Positions 1 through 10,061 are shown, numbered from the stretch's first letter. The stretch is DNA of 64,000 bases from a virus (IMGVR_UViG_3300028591_000079:128001-192000), one strand, 5' to 3'. Notes: generated by a model from the sequence alone, not told the origin. Numbers and translations: made by a program.

Positions 1-2
1 TT

Positions 3-1160
3 AAAATATTAAAGTATCCGGAAAAAGAAGATACAACATTTTCAATTTCTGTTTATGAAAATAAAAATAAAAGATTAGAAAAAGTTGAACAATTTAATTA
101 TTTGACATTGTTTGAAAACAAAGATCAATATGGTAATTCTACATTCGTAGAAGATGTCGTGAATGGGCGTTCAATATATATAAAAATTTACGCAAATCCA
201 TATATTGAAATAGAAAATCCTGTTCCAACTTTTGGCAGTTATAGCGTTGATCATGGAACATCAGGAGTTTCACCAACAATTGATGAATTGGCAAAAGCTT
301 GGGATTTATTCTTAGATCGCACACAAACAACTGTTAGCTTATTGATGAATTGTGGTTACGTTAGTGACACAGAAAATTTATATCAACAGGCTATGCTTAA
401 CGTTGCAGAAAAGCGTCGTGATTGTTTTTGTTTGTTTGATGTTCCATCAACAACAACAAGCATGGAAGGGGAAAATACAGTATTAGATTGGCGCAAAAAT
501 GTAAGTGGTATGACCACATATCGTGGGGCTTTGTTTACTCCTTGGGTGAAGTCATATGATACTGAGAATGGAAAACGAAACTTCAACATGTGTCCGTCTG
601 CATATATTGCAAAAATCATGGGCGCAGCTGGAAAACCTTGGATTGCTGCTGCTGGTCCGAATCGTGGTTATTATACATCATCAGTGGTTTCCCCAACAGG
701 ATTAACGTCTTATTATGATGAAGAAACTGGCGGTGTTTTATACCAGAATCAATTGAATTGCGGAATCAAAGATATTGCTGGTTATGCAAACTGGGGTCAA
801 AAAACATTACAAATGAAACCATCCGCATTAGATCGTATAAATGTTGCACGCACAGTTATTTATATTGAAACAACATTGCGTGATGCTGCAAGATATCACT
901 TATTTGAAAACAATACAGCATTTGAACGTATGCAGATCACACTACAATTCAATCAATTCTTGGATGAGGTTTTGAATGGTGGCGGGTTGAATCGTTATCA
1001 AGTTATCTGTGATGATTCAAACAATACCCCATATATCATTCAAAACAATCAATTAGTAATTGACATTTATTTGTGGCCAGTATATACAACAGAATTTATT
1101 GCTTTGAATACAATTGTAATGGGGGCCGATGCCGAAATAACAATTTCTTCAAACGCATAA
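3..1160 (+). CDS. Contractile tail sheath protein (T4 gp18-like), 5'-truncated by the window edge
   Basis: Frame is open from position 3. Sheath C-terminal motifs PWIAAAGPNRG, WGQKTLQ..SALDRINVAR, FENN, YQVICDDSNNTP..EFIALN. Confidence 0.95.
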   Translation, partial: KILKYPEKEDTTFSISVYENKNKRLEKVEQFNYLTLFENKDQYGNSTFVEDVVNGRSIYIKIYANPYIEIENPVPTFGSYSVDHGTSGVSPTIDELAKAWDLFLDRTQTTVSLLMNCGYVSDTENLYQQAMLNVAEKRRDCFCLFDVPSTTTSMEGENTVLDWRKNVSGMTTYRGALFTPWVKSYDTENGKRNFNMCPSAYIAKIMGAAGKPWIAAAGPNRGYYTSSVVSPTGLTSYYDEETGGVLYQNQLNCGIKDIAGYANWGQKTLQMKPSALDRINVARTVIYIETTLRDAARYHLFENNTAFERMQITLQFNQFLDEVLNGGGLNRYQVICDDSNNTPYIIQNNQLVIDIYLWPVYTTEFIALNTIVMGADAEITISSNA

Positions 1161-1186
1161 TAAAGACAACAAAAGGATAATGAACA

Positions 1187-1735
1187 ATGAGTATTCATAC
1201 TTTAAAATCTATCAATAATTTGAATGATCCTATTAAACAATTTTTGATAGACTTCAATATTGTATTGCCACAAGGTGTATTTAACTTTGATGCTCAACAA
1301 TTAGAACTTCGTGCACAATCATTTAGCTTTCCAACAGTACAAATGGATGCTACCGAGGTTTGGTGGGGTGGTCATCATCGCCAATTTGCCGGCAAACAAA
1401 CTCGTCAGGGGGATTGGAACGTTACTTTTACAGAAGTTTGGTCCGGAGATGTTATTGATGGATTCCGTAAGTGGATGCAATTAGCTCATAACTTCACAGC
1501 CGGTACAATTTCTTTGCATGAAAATTATATGACAAGTGCACAAGTAAATTTATTGAATCCTGACTTGTATGACCCAAAACCACAAGGTGCCGCAGCAAAA
1601 GCCGTAACTTTGAAAATGTTGTATCCCACACAAGTTCAAGTAGATGGTACAATTAATCCTTCAAGTTCTGAACCTGTAAATATGAGTTGTACTTTACATT
1701 ATTCATATTTCTTGATGTCAGGAGAACAAGAATAA
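1187..1735 (+). CDS. Tail tube protein (T4 gp19-like)
   Basis: Follows sheath; 182 aa; tube-like pattern FSFP..EVWWGG..FAG..WNVTFTE..LYPTQV..TLHY; RBS AAGGA; followed by a terminator. Confidence 0.88.
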   Translation: MSIHTLKSINNLNDPIKQFLIDFNIVLPQGVFNFDAQQLELRAQSFSFPTVQMDATEVWWGGHHRQFAGKQTRQGDWNVTFTEVWSGDVIDGFRKWMQLAHNFTAGTISLHENYMTSAQVNLLNPDLYDPKPQGAAAKAVTLKMLYPTQVQVDGTINPSSSEPVNMSCTLHYSYFLMSGEQE

Positions 1736-1790
1736 AACAGACACTGTTAAACAATTAGTTTCTATATTATCTCCTTTTGATTGTCTGTTC

Positions 1791-1827
1791 ACCCCGCTAT
1801 TAAATAAAGTAAGATAGTGGGGTTTTT
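1791..1827 (+). terminator. Rho-independent terminator after tail tube gene
   Basis: ACCCCGCTAT / ATAGTGGGGT stem followed by a T tract. Confidence 0.8.
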
Positions 1828-1840
1828 CATTTTTTACATA

Positions 1841-1847
1841 AGTTCTA
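1841..1847 (+). promoter_or_regulatory. Putative late promoter motif AGTTCTA
   Basis: Same heptamer in many intergenic gaps upstream of virion/packaging genes. Confidence 0.7.
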
Positions 1848-1887
1848 TTAAGTGTTATAAAAATTTCCCCCAAAAAAGAATTTCATA

Positions 1888-2439
1888 ATGGCATTAACAC
1901 AAATAAGATCTATAAATAATTTATCTGACCCACTAAGACAATATCAATGTAAATTTCATATTTCTAAAGGGCTTGGTACCGCCGCATTAGCTTTGGTCGG
2001 AAATGATATGGTAAGAAAAGAAGATTTTGAACTTAGAGCAACTTCTTGGACTTATCCCGGAACACAAATAAAAACTGTTGATACTGTAATTTTTAATCAT
2101 TATAGAAAAAGACCAAGTATACAAGATAAATCGGGCACATGGAGGGTTAGTGTTGTGGAGGATATGCACGGAAATGTCTTGCAGAGTATTCAAGATTGGT
2201 GCGATAATATAATGAACCCAATGACAGGCGTTATGCTTCCATCTGAATTTTATGTTGGCATGGCATCTGTTGAAATTTGTGGACCAGATATGAAATCAAA
2301 CAAAACATTATATTTGCGTGGTTTTTATCCTACAAAGATCGGTGAAATAAAAATAGATCCAAGTAGTTCAAACGTTGTTACTGTTGATATTGAGTTTAAT
2401 TATGACTGGTATTCTGAAAACAAAGTATTAGGACTTTAA
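1888..2439 (+). CDS. Tail-tube-fold paralogue (second tube or gp54-like tube initiator)
   Basis: N-terminus (IRSINNLSDPLRQY) and core (FELRA..YPG; LRGFYPT..IDPSSS..EFNYD) align by eye with 1187..1735. Confidence 0.8.
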   Translation: MALTQIRSINNLSDPLRQYQCKFHISKGLGTAALALVGNDMVRKEDFELRATSWTYPGTQIKTVDTVIFNHYRKRPSIQDKSGTWRVSVVEDMHGNVLQSIQDWCDNIMNPMTGVMLPSEFYVGMASVEICGPDMKSNKTLYLRGFYPTKIGEIKIDPSSSNVVTVDIEFNYDWYSENKVLGL

Positions 2440-2445
2440 AACAAC

Positions 2446-3225
2446 ATGGCTTATACTCCAACCATTTATGAAAATCCAGCAATTATATTGAGGCGTAGAC
2501 GTTTTGGCGGAATGACAATAAAACATTTAGACGGTGCACCAAACATAAAAAAAATAAAAATAATAAAAAAACCAATAAAAGAATATAACTATAATCAAGA
2601 ATTTTATAAACAACTCAACAAACAAACACAAAGAGGCAATATTGATATAACACAAGGGCAAGACTTGACACCACCAGAAAAAAAGATATATAAAAGAGCA
2701 ATTACTAGAGATATGAAAGGAACAGATATTGTTCAAGTAGAGGCTGATAGAAGAAATCTTTCGGTTACATATACAGACAAAAATGGTAATATAATAATAA
2801 AACAAGGTGGAAATAAGGCTTGGAGAACAAACAACCCTGGTAATCTTAGTTTTTCATCATTAGAAAAAGCAAAAGAGTCTGGTGCAATTGGAGTGTGGGA
2901 AGATGCAGAGGGACATAAATTTGGCATATTTCCATCAGAAGAAGCTGGCGAAAAAGCATTAAGAGAAAAATTGCAAGAAAGAAGATTCTCATATAGAAAA
3001 GATGGCTCAAAAAGAAATATTGCACAAATGATCTCGGAAATATATGCACCAGCTTCTGACAATAACGATTCTTCTGGTTATGCAAGATTTTTAAGAGATC
3101 GTTATGGTGTAGATGTGTATAATAAAACTGTTGAAGATTTAGATAGAGATGAAATGGACAGATTGATTCAAGGTATTGCAGCAAGAGAAGGAAATAAGCA
3201 GGGAACATTAATAACTCAAAAATAA
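2446..3225 (+). CDS. Virion-associated lysozyme-like (putative peptidoglycan hydrolase) protein
   Basis: AWRTNNPGNL..FGIFPS.EAG..AL..YAP.SDNN...Y..EG pattern of the RNNNPGN lysozyme-like family; located in the tail operon. Confidence 0.7.
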   Translation: MAYTPTIYENPAIILRRRRFGGMTIKHLDGAPNIKKIKIIKKPIKEYNYNQEFYKQLNKQTQRGNIDITQGQDLTPPEKKIYKRAITRDMKGTDIVQVEADRRNLSVTYTDKNGNIIIKQGGNKAWRTNNPGNLSFSSLEKAKESGAIGVWEDAEGHKFGIFPSEEAGEKALREKLQERRFSYRKDGSKRNIAQMISEIYAPASDNNDSSGYARFLRDRYGVDVYNKTVEDLDRDEMDRLIQGIAAREGNKQGTLITQK

Positions 3226-3234
3226 TAAGATAAT

Positions 3235-3241
3235 AGTTCTA
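3235..3241 (+). promoter_or_regulatory. Putative late promoter motif AGTTCTA
   Basis: Intergenic, about 20 nt before the 3261 start. Confidence 0.7.
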
Positions 3242-3260
3242 TGTAATAAAGGATTAAATA

Positions 3261-3968
3261 TTGAGCTTAAGATTTAGATCACAACTTTCAGTAGATTTAA
3301 TGCCAGATGAACAAATCGATAATCGCTGGGAAGTTATTATGCCCAAAATGAATTTAAAAACTTCAATTGTTGATTATCCATATTATCCAATTGTCGAATC
3401 TATTCATTTTGCACCTTTAGGATTTAAAAACTCAACAAACGTAAGGGCTGTAACCACATATTATAATATACCGGTTGACAAAGAAGATGCAAAAGAAGCA
3501 AATATAACAATGTATTGTGATACCGGAATGTTGGCCCAATATTATATTGCAGCATGGAAAGAACTTATGTTTGACCAAAAACATGAATATTATTATTATC
3601 CTTGGCAATACAAAAAAGATATCGTCGTTTTGTTTTTTGGTGCTGGCTCTGCTGCTCCAACAGCAAGGTTTTTACTAAAAGGATGTTATCCAATAATACA
3701 AAATGATTTTGAATTACAATATACGAGAGATCCAAAAAGACTACGTATAACGCAAAAATTCAATGTTGATAGAGTTGTTTATGACCCTGCATATTCAACA
3801 AGCGCAATTATATCAACTTTTGCGTCTGGAAATCCTCTTGGAATATTGAGTGATACTGCACTTGCCGCAGCAACAGACAGGGCCTTTGGAACAGCTACAA
3901 GCTGGTTCGGAGGAGATAATTTTGAATCAGATAAAAACTTTAGTTATAACGGTTCGCCAATAAATTAA
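3261..3968 (+). CDS. Tail-tube-fold baseplate-tube junction protein (gp48/gp54-like)
   Basis: Tube-like elements (NITMYCD..YIAAWKELM; FLLKGCYP..LQY..FNVD); TTG start with AAGGA RBS. Confidence 0.65.
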   Translation: MSLRFRSQLSVDLMPDEQIDNRWEVIMPKMNLKTSIVDYPYYPIVESIHFAPLGFKNSTNVRAVTTYYNIPVDKEDAKEANITMYCDTGMLAQYYIAAWKELMFDQKHEYYYYPWQYKKDIVVLFFGAGSAAPTARFLLKGCYPIIQNDFELQYTRDPKRLRITQKFNVDRVVYDPAYSTSAIISTFASGNPLGILSDTALAAATDRAFGTATSWFGGDNFESDKNFSYNGSPIN

Positions 3969-3981
3969 AAGGAGAAAACAT

Positions 3982-4716
3982 ATGGTACAAGAAGAATATT
4001 ATAATGTAGAGCTTCCAGGTAAGAAAAATTATGATCCAAATATAAAAATAGAAATCAAAAAAATAACACCATTTGAACAAAAAAAATTTTATTCACAAAT
4101 GGTGGCGGCTCAAAATGAAGAAGAACAAGACAAGGTTGTGAAAAATTTTATAAAAAGTCTTGTTAGGTGTGAAGGTATTGCTTTTGAAGATATATTCTAT
4201 CCTGATTATATATTTTTATTGTATCAAATAAGAGAAGTTACTTATAAACTCTTTCCACTAAAATATCATTATACATGCTCTGAATGTGGACAAAAACAAA
4301 GTGTAGAAATAAAAATAGATACTCTTCAAATTGAATCTCTTGATGAAAAATTAAAGGACGTTGTTGAGTTGGATAATTTTGGAGAAGTGGCAATAAGATT
4401 TAAAGTTATAAAAGATGATGATATTGTTACAGAATTTTTAAAAAGAAGAGGAGAAGATCCAGAAGATATATTTATGCGCATTTTAGCAGCAGAATTGTCA
4501 TTACTAGATAAATGGCAACCACTAGAAGAAACTTGGGAAATGGCTAAAACAGGTCAAATCACTTCTCAAGATATTTTGCGAATAGAAGATTTTATTGCAA
4601 ATAACAATTGGGGGGTACACGAAGAGGTTCATCATAAATGTTCTAAATGTGGTAAGGAGGTGGCAGAAAGCTATTCTATAGACCCTGCTAGCTTTTTTTC
4701 CACTAATAACGATTGA
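3982..4716 (+). CDS. Baseplate hub/tail assembly chaperone (T4 gp26-like)
   Basis: DYIFLLYQIREVTY motif, two CxxC knuckles (CSECG, CSKCG), ends ..SFF; sits just before the tape measure gene. Confidence 0.75.
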   Translation: MVQEEYYNVELPGKKNYDPNIKIEIKKITPFEQKKFYSQMVAAQNEEEQDKVVKNFIKSLVRCEGIAFEDIFYPDYIFLLYQIREVTYKLFPLKYHYTCSECGQKQSVEIKIDTLQIESLDEKLKDVVELDNFGEVAIRFKVIKDDDIVTEFLKRRGEDPEDIFMRILAAELSLLDKWQPLEETWEMAKTGQITSQDILRIEDFIANNNWGVHEEVHHKCSKCGKEVAESYSIDPASFFSTNND

Positions 4717-4876
4717 AGAAATATTAGAACGTGAATACTATTTAATAACTGAAATGCATATGTCATATAGTGATCTTGAAACAATGCCGATGGAATATAT
4801 AGAATGGTTCTACAGAAAAGATTACTATGAAAAAAACAAAGATCAAAACAGTGAAGACGCAGTAACAGGATTGTAA
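4694..4876 (+). CDS. gp51-like segment, probably a frameshift extension of 3982..4716 (absent from the ORF track)
   Basis: +1 frame reads FFPLITIEEILEREYYLITEMHMSYSDLETMPMEYIEWFYRK..TGL*; it opens just before a T7 run at 4693-4699. Confidence 0.65.
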   Translation, partial: FFPLITIEEILEREYYLITEMHMSYSDLETMPMEYIEWFYRKDYYEKNKDQNSEDAVTGL

Positions 4877-4878
4877 TA

Positions 4879-6627
4879 ATGGCAACAAAAATAAGCGGAA
4901 TAAAAGGTATCAATATTTCGAAATCATCTGTACTCAAGGATGGTAGTAAAAAAGCTGGCGCAAATGATAGTTTTAGAGATACTGCAAATGGAACAACAAG
5001 GGATAACTCTAAAAACAACAACCAGAGTGCCCTTGATGCCGCTATGATAAAAATGCTTCTTGGACAAACCGAGCTTATGGCCAAAAAGACTCAAGAAATA
5101 GAAGCAAATATGCGTAGAGCCGAAAAAAAAGAAGAAGAAAGACAAAAAACAAAAGAAAGGATAGATAGGGAAAAAAACGAAAAAAGAATAGAAAAAACAT
5201 ATGATTCTATTGATGGTGGTCTTGTAAATAGTGCTTTGTCTGGAGTTTTTGGTCCAATTGGTGTTATGCTTGGTAAAGGATTAAATAAAGCAGGGCTTCC
5301 ATTAAATAAAATACCAACAAAAATTATGTCTAAAGTTTTTGGTGGTGGAAGCATAAAATCATCTGGTGGAAGATGGGGAGGAGGATATGAAAATCAAACA
5401 AGTGGCGCTCTAGATGTAAACAGAAGAGAAACAGAAGCAGAACCAATAAATAGATTAAATAATTCTGTTTCATCTCGACTTGATACAATTATAGAATTGC
5501 TTGGAGGGAAAAGAAGAAGTGAAAATGGAGAAGATGAAGATGGCAAAAAAAAGAGTTGGTTAGGAAGATTATTGGACAATTTTCTTCCCAAGGGTTGGCT
5601 TGGCAGGTTGTTGGGTTGGCTTGGACCAAAATTAGCGTATCTAGCTGGAATTGCAGGCTTAGCATATGGTTTTCATAAGTTTTGGAATTGGATAAAGGAT
5701 AAATTTGGCACAGATTGGGCAAATAGTTTAACTGCCACATTGGCACAAGCAATAAAAGGTGCATTAAAAGGTGTTGGAACAAGTTTAGAAAACACAGCCA
5801 AATCTTTGAAGGCACTAAAAAAAGGTTTTGTTGGTTCAAAAGTTTACGGAGGTTTATCAAAGGGATTACAAAAACTAGCAAACAGCGGTAAAATTGGCAA
5901 CTTTGTTTTTGGCGGTGCAGCAAAAAGAGCAAGAGCTGCATCAATTGCAGCACAAAAAACGTTTCAATCTGGTGTGCTTGGAAAAACTGGAACACTCTTA
6001 TCAAAAGCCGGAAAAACTCTGGGTAAGGCTGGTAAGATTGGTGGATATGTTGGCGATTTTGTTATTGCTGCCGAAAATTTATATGATGCTCATAAAAAAT
6101 ATAAAGCAGGAGATAAAAGAGGTGCCGCAGGCTCTGTTGGAAGAGGGGCTGGAACAATTTTAGGCGGCACCATTGGAGCAAAAGGTGGTGCTGCTGCGGG
6201 TGCGGCGCTTGGTACAATGATATTTCCTGGTGTAGGTACGCTTATTGGTGGTGCATTAGGTGGTCTTATTGGAACATTTGCCGGGTCACATGTTGGATCA
6301 AAATTAGGGGCAAAAATCGGAGAAAAAACTTATGATTTAGCAACGGACACAAAACCAGAAGTTCAATCCGAGGGGCAATATACAACAGAAAACACAAATG
6401 GTTATGAGTCGTTACAACTACAAAGCGAATCACTCAATATGCAAAACGAAATATTGAATTCATTAAGGCAAATTGAATATAATCTAAATCCAAATGTTCA
6501 AAAAAGCTTGGATCAATCATATTTAAATAACGCCCAAAGAATGTTTGATAGACCACCAGAATATGATGAATACTATCAAGATTATGTTGGTATAAATCCA
6601 AATATGACATCTTTGTTGAATAAATAA
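4879..6627 (+). CDS. Tape measure protein (gp29-like)
   Basis: 582 aa, helical Ala/Gly/Lys-rich with glycine-zipper segments; follows the chaperone genes. Confidence 0.75.
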   Translation: MATKISGIKGINISKSSVLKDGSKKAGANDSFRDTANGTTRDNSKNNNQSALDAAMIKMLLGQTELMAKKTQEIEANMRRAEKKEEERQKTKERIDREKNEKRIEKTYDSIDGGLVNSALSGVFGPIGVMLGKGLNKAGLPLNKIPTKIMSKVFGGGSIKSSGGRWGGGYENQTSGALDVNRRETEAEPINRLNNSVSSRLDTIIELLGGKRRSENGEDEDGKKKSWLGRLLDNFLPKGWLGRLLGWLGPKLAYLAGIAGLAYGFHKFWNWIKDKFGTDWANSLTATLAQAIKGALKGVGTSLENTAKSLKALKKGFVGSKVYGGLSKGLQKLANSGKIGNFVFGGAAKRARAASIAAQKTFQSGVLGKTGTLLSKAGKTLGKAGKIGGYVGDFVIAAENLYDAHKKYKAGDKRGAAGSVGRGAGTILGGTIGAKGGAAAGAALGTMIFPGVGTLIGGALGGLIGTFAGSHVGSKLGAKIGEKTYDLATDTKPEVQSEGQYTTENTNGYESLQLQSESLNMQNEILNSLRQIEYNLNPNVQKSLDQSYLNNAQRMFDRPPEYDEYYQDYVGINPNMTSLLNK

Positions 6628-6639
6628 TTGGAGTAAAAA

Positions 6640-7839
6640 ATGGCAAATCCACAAGTATATGCTGGTCCTGGAGTTACAAAAATAGATGATGTAACAAAAC
6701 AAATAAACAGTAGTTCACCAAATGTGCTCTCTGGACCAAATTGGATTCCAACATTGACCGGAAATTTGGATGCTTCAAAAGCACAAGCTGGATTAAAAAG
6801 AAGCAATAGTAGTAAAACATGGTATTGTTTGGATTTATTGGGTAAATACCACAAGGAATCAAAATTAAAACAATTTCATGCCTTAACATTTTATTTTAGA
6901 AACACAAAACAACAAAATGGCGCAATAATAACATCAATGCTTCCAGAAAGTTTTACATATGCAATTGGTGGTGTTTATAATAATCCAATAAAACTTATTG
7001 GCAATGATATTGTCAATGTTATAGCTCAAAATTTTACAAACGGAAATGCATCAACAAGTTTTAATTTGGATACTGCATTGGTTTGGCAATCGCCCAAAAG
7101 AATGGATTTGGTTTTTAAAATTCCAGTGTTTGATGATTCTGCAAGTGGTTCTAATATAAACTATCAAGAAGCAATAGATTTGTTTGGCGAAGCTATATTA
7201 CCAGAAATTGCTAAAAATGGAACATATGAAAGTATTCCTGGCCCAAACATTAGTACAACTATAAGATATAGAGCAAGAAACGGAAAAGCAATTACAATGT
7301 CTGGTTGGGGGCAAAAAATAACAGATGTCACATCAAAAGGTTTTCAAACTGTTTTTAATGGCCAAGAAAGAGAATGGGATAGAATTAGCGTACAAGTTGG
7401 CGGATTGCTACTGTTAGATTGGTGTGTAATAAAGGATTTGAAAGTAACATTTCCAAACACAAAAGCCATGGTGCTGCATGATTTTCGCGGAACACATTCT
7501 GCACAAATTGATGATACTGGTCGTGAAACGTATCAGGTACATCTTCAACCGATACAGGCAGAATTAGAAGTAACTGTTTCAACCGTTATGGGAATAACTC
7601 GTGCAACATTTAAGGATATGTTGTATCAAACAGAGTCCACAAGCAAAGGATACAAAGAAGATGCATCAAATACTACACCAGTTACTTCAACATATAAACA
7701 AACAATTGATACATTAAATAATATTGCATTATCACAACGTGGCGGATATCCACAAATGTCATATGCGCCTGGTTATAATGAGCATGATTTTGATCTTTTT
7801 CGAGACCCATCAAAATTCATGAGTTATCCTGACGCATAA
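6640..7839 (+). CDS. Putative baseplate/tail structural protein
   Basis: Between tape measure and gp53-like gene; CVIKDLKVTF..PIQAELEVTV resembles tube-initiator folds. Confidence 0.5.
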   Translation: MANPQVYAGPGVTKIDDVTKQINSSSPNVLSGPNWIPTLTGNLDASKAQAGLKRSNSSKTWYCLDLLGKYHKESKLKQFHALTFYFRNTKQQNGAIITSMLPESFTYAIGGVYNNPIKLIGNDIVNVIAQNFTNGNASTSFNLDTALVWQSPKRMDLVFKIPVFDDSASGSNINYQEAIDLFGEAILPEIAKNGTYESIPGPNISTTIRYRARNGKAITMSGWGQKITDVTSKGFQTVFNGQEREWDRISVQVGGLLLLDWCVIKDLKVTFPNTKAMVLHDFRGTHSAQIDDTGRETYQVHLQPIQAELEVTVSTVMGITRATFKDMLYQTESTSKGYKEDASNTTPVTSTYKQTIDTLNNIALSQRGGYPQMSYAPGYNEHDFDLFRDPSKFMSYPDA

Positions 7840-7854
7840 AATAGGAAATATAAA

Positions 7855-8262
7855 ATGAACAGTTTGAATTCAAATTTTTGTTATGATTTTTCTTATTGGT
7901 TTTCTGATAGAATAATTGATAACAATGGAAATACAGTGTCTGATATAAACGCTGGAATAACAAAATTAATTCCAGACATGATTGACGAATTGAATGACAC
8001 AAGCAATGAACATACAAGATTTATTATTCCTGATTGTCAAGTTTCGATGCCCGATGTAGCAGCAAAATCTTTTTATAATTATGAAAATTTGTGGTGGTAT
8101 TTGTGTTTATCAAACCTAATAACAAATCCGTTTAATGAATACAATTCAAATTTATTATATTATGCCTTTACCTTGAACATATTGAAATCTCATGACATAA
8201 ACACAAATAATTCAAACAAAAATACAAAATCAAAAATTGGAACAATTATAGAATTAAACTAA
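7855..8262 (+). CDS. Baseplate wedge subunit (gp53-like, LysM-like)
   Basis: PDVAAKSFY..LWWYLCLSNLITNPF motif. Confidence 0.75.
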   Translation: MNSLNSNFCYDFSYWFSDRIIDNNGNTVSDINAGITKLIPDMIDELNDTSNEHTRFIIPDCQVSMPDVAAKSFYNYENLWWYLCLSNLITNPFNEYNSNLLYYAFTLNILKSHDINTNNSNKNTKSKIGTIIELN

Positions 8263-8265
8263 GAT

Positions 8266-9408
8266 ATGATAGTAAATAACATATACGACATAAATATATT
8301 AATTTCTGATGTGGATATTTTCGGCACTGGAATTGCCACAAGAGTAAATTGCAAAATAGAAGAATCTATTTCTGACGGTGTTCCTATATGCAAAATAGCT
8401 TTTTTATCATCAAAAGATTTTTTAGATGGTTTTCCAATTATTGATGGTACCAAAGTTACTATAAATATAAAATCACAATTGTTTAATATAGATGAAAAAC
8501 TTTTATTTAGGGTTGCAAATATTACAGCAACCCCTATAAAAAATGATATGATTTTTTCATTAGATTGTATTATTGATTTTTATGAATTATTTAGAGCACC
8601 AATCAAATATTGTATGAACAATAATTCATCAGAAGTTTTTAATTTTATATTGAAAGAAAACAATCTAAATGGAAGCATACACCAAACACAAGATAAACAA
8701 TTGTGGGCACCATCTGAAACCAATCTGGGGCAATGGATGACATATGTGGCATCTCATGCCTGGGCATCTCCACAATCAGGTTTTTATTGGTTTATCAACA
8801 GAACAAAAAACTTATTTTTTTTAGATATAGATAAAATAATACATGAATCAAAAAATGTTGCCAAATTTTATTATGGAGACATAGAAGAAAACGATATAAG
8901 TAATAAAATTATAAGATACAAAAACATTACAACAAAAATAAATTCTGGAGAAGAAAATTTATTTAATAACGGATATAATGGAAATAATTACCATTTTGAT
9001 TTAAATTCTTATACAACCAAAAAAGAAAATGCAAACAAAGTCAGGGCTGTTAGTGAAATAGTAAATATAAATAAAGAATTATCAAAGGGGCTTGGTGAAA
9101 ACATATTACAATTTGATGTTGGAAATCATCACAAAAATTTCTTTTTAGCCGAAGCACAAAATAAAAGAGTTTTATCAACATTTTCAACATATGTAGGGGT
9201 TACGTGTGAATATTTTAGACCAATAAAATTATCACAGGTGTGTACAATGCAGGCCATGTCACCAACACAAGCAAATGGTGAAATAAACACATTGAATATA
9301 AAATATATTGTTTCTAAAATTATTATAAACATTAATAGTTCTACTGTAAATATGGAAGCAGAATTATGTTCACAGGGATATAACGGAAAAAGCACGGAAA
9401 GTTATTAA
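8266..9408 (+). CDS. Baseplate hub protein (gp27-like)
   Basis: 380 aa, directly upstream of the spike gene; KIEESI and FYWF elements. Confidence 0.6.
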   Translation: MIVNNIYDINILISDVDIFGTGIATRVNCKIEESISDGVPICKIAFLSSKDFLDGFPIIDGTKVTINIKSQLFNIDEKLLFRVANITATPIKNDMIFSLDCIIDFYELFRAPIKYCMNNNSSEVFNFILKENNLNGSIHQTQDKQLWAPSETNLGQWMTYVASHAWASPQSGFYWFINRTKNLFFLDIDKIIHESKNVAKFYYGDIEENDISNKIIRYKNITTKINSGEENLFNNGYNGNNYHFDLNSYTTKKENANKVRAVSEIVNINKELSKGLGENILQFDVGNHHKNFFLAEAQNKRVLSTFSTYVGVTCEYFRPIKLSQVCTMQAMSPTQANGEINTLNIKYIVSKIIININSSTVNMEAELCSQGYNGKSTESY

Positions 9409-9410
9409 AA

Positions 9411-10061
9411 ATGAAAAATAATAGAATAAATAAAAACATATTTACAAATCCATTTAATGTTGCAACCGTTATTGATAATAGTGATCCAACAAATTCTTAT
9501 CGTGTTAGAGTTAGAATAGATGTGATACATGATAATATTCAAGATAAAGATTTGCCTTGGGCTGCTCGTGTTGGGCCTGGTTTTATGGGTTTTGGAAATG
9601 CAGACATAGACCATGCGATACCAGAAGTTGGAACAAAAGTATTGACATTGTTTATAGCAAACGATCCAAATTCTATATTATATCTTGGAACTCTTTATAA
9701 AAACAATTCTGCCACTCCTTCTGGTGGTGATTATTTGGGCTCTTATGGGATCTATACTCAAAATGGTGAATTTATAGGGGTAGATAAAATAAATAAAACA
9801 CTTAAAATGATATATGAAGGAAAAATAGATATATCAAAAATAACACAGGCAACCATAAGTATAAATGGTCCAGTAACAATAAATGCAAATTCTGCCACAA
9901 TCACATGCAAAACCAATATAATAAAAGGTGATGTAAAAATAGAAGGTGAATTGGTTGTCACAAAAGATGTTAGAGCAAGAGATGGACAAGTTGGTTTACT
10001 CACTCACACTCATCCAGGTATATTCCCAGGTCCAAGTTCAACAGCTCCGGGTCAAGGATAA
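9411..10061 (+). CDS. Baseplate central spike (gp5/gpV-like)
   Basis: VIDNSDP..RVRVRI..LPWA..PEVG OB-fold N-terminus, beta-helix repeats, C-terminal HTH metal-binding tip (THTHPG). Confidence 0.9.
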   Translation: MKNNRINKNIFTNPFNVATVIDNSDPTNSYRVRVRIDVIHDNIQDKDLPWAARVGPGFMGFGNADIDHAIPEVGTKVLTLFIANDPNSILYLGTLYKNNSATPSGGDYLGSYGIYTQNGEFIGVDKINKTLKMIYEGKIDISKITQATISINGPVTINANSATITCKTNIIKGDVKIEGELVVTKDVRARDGQVGLLTHTHPGIFPGPSSTAPGQG

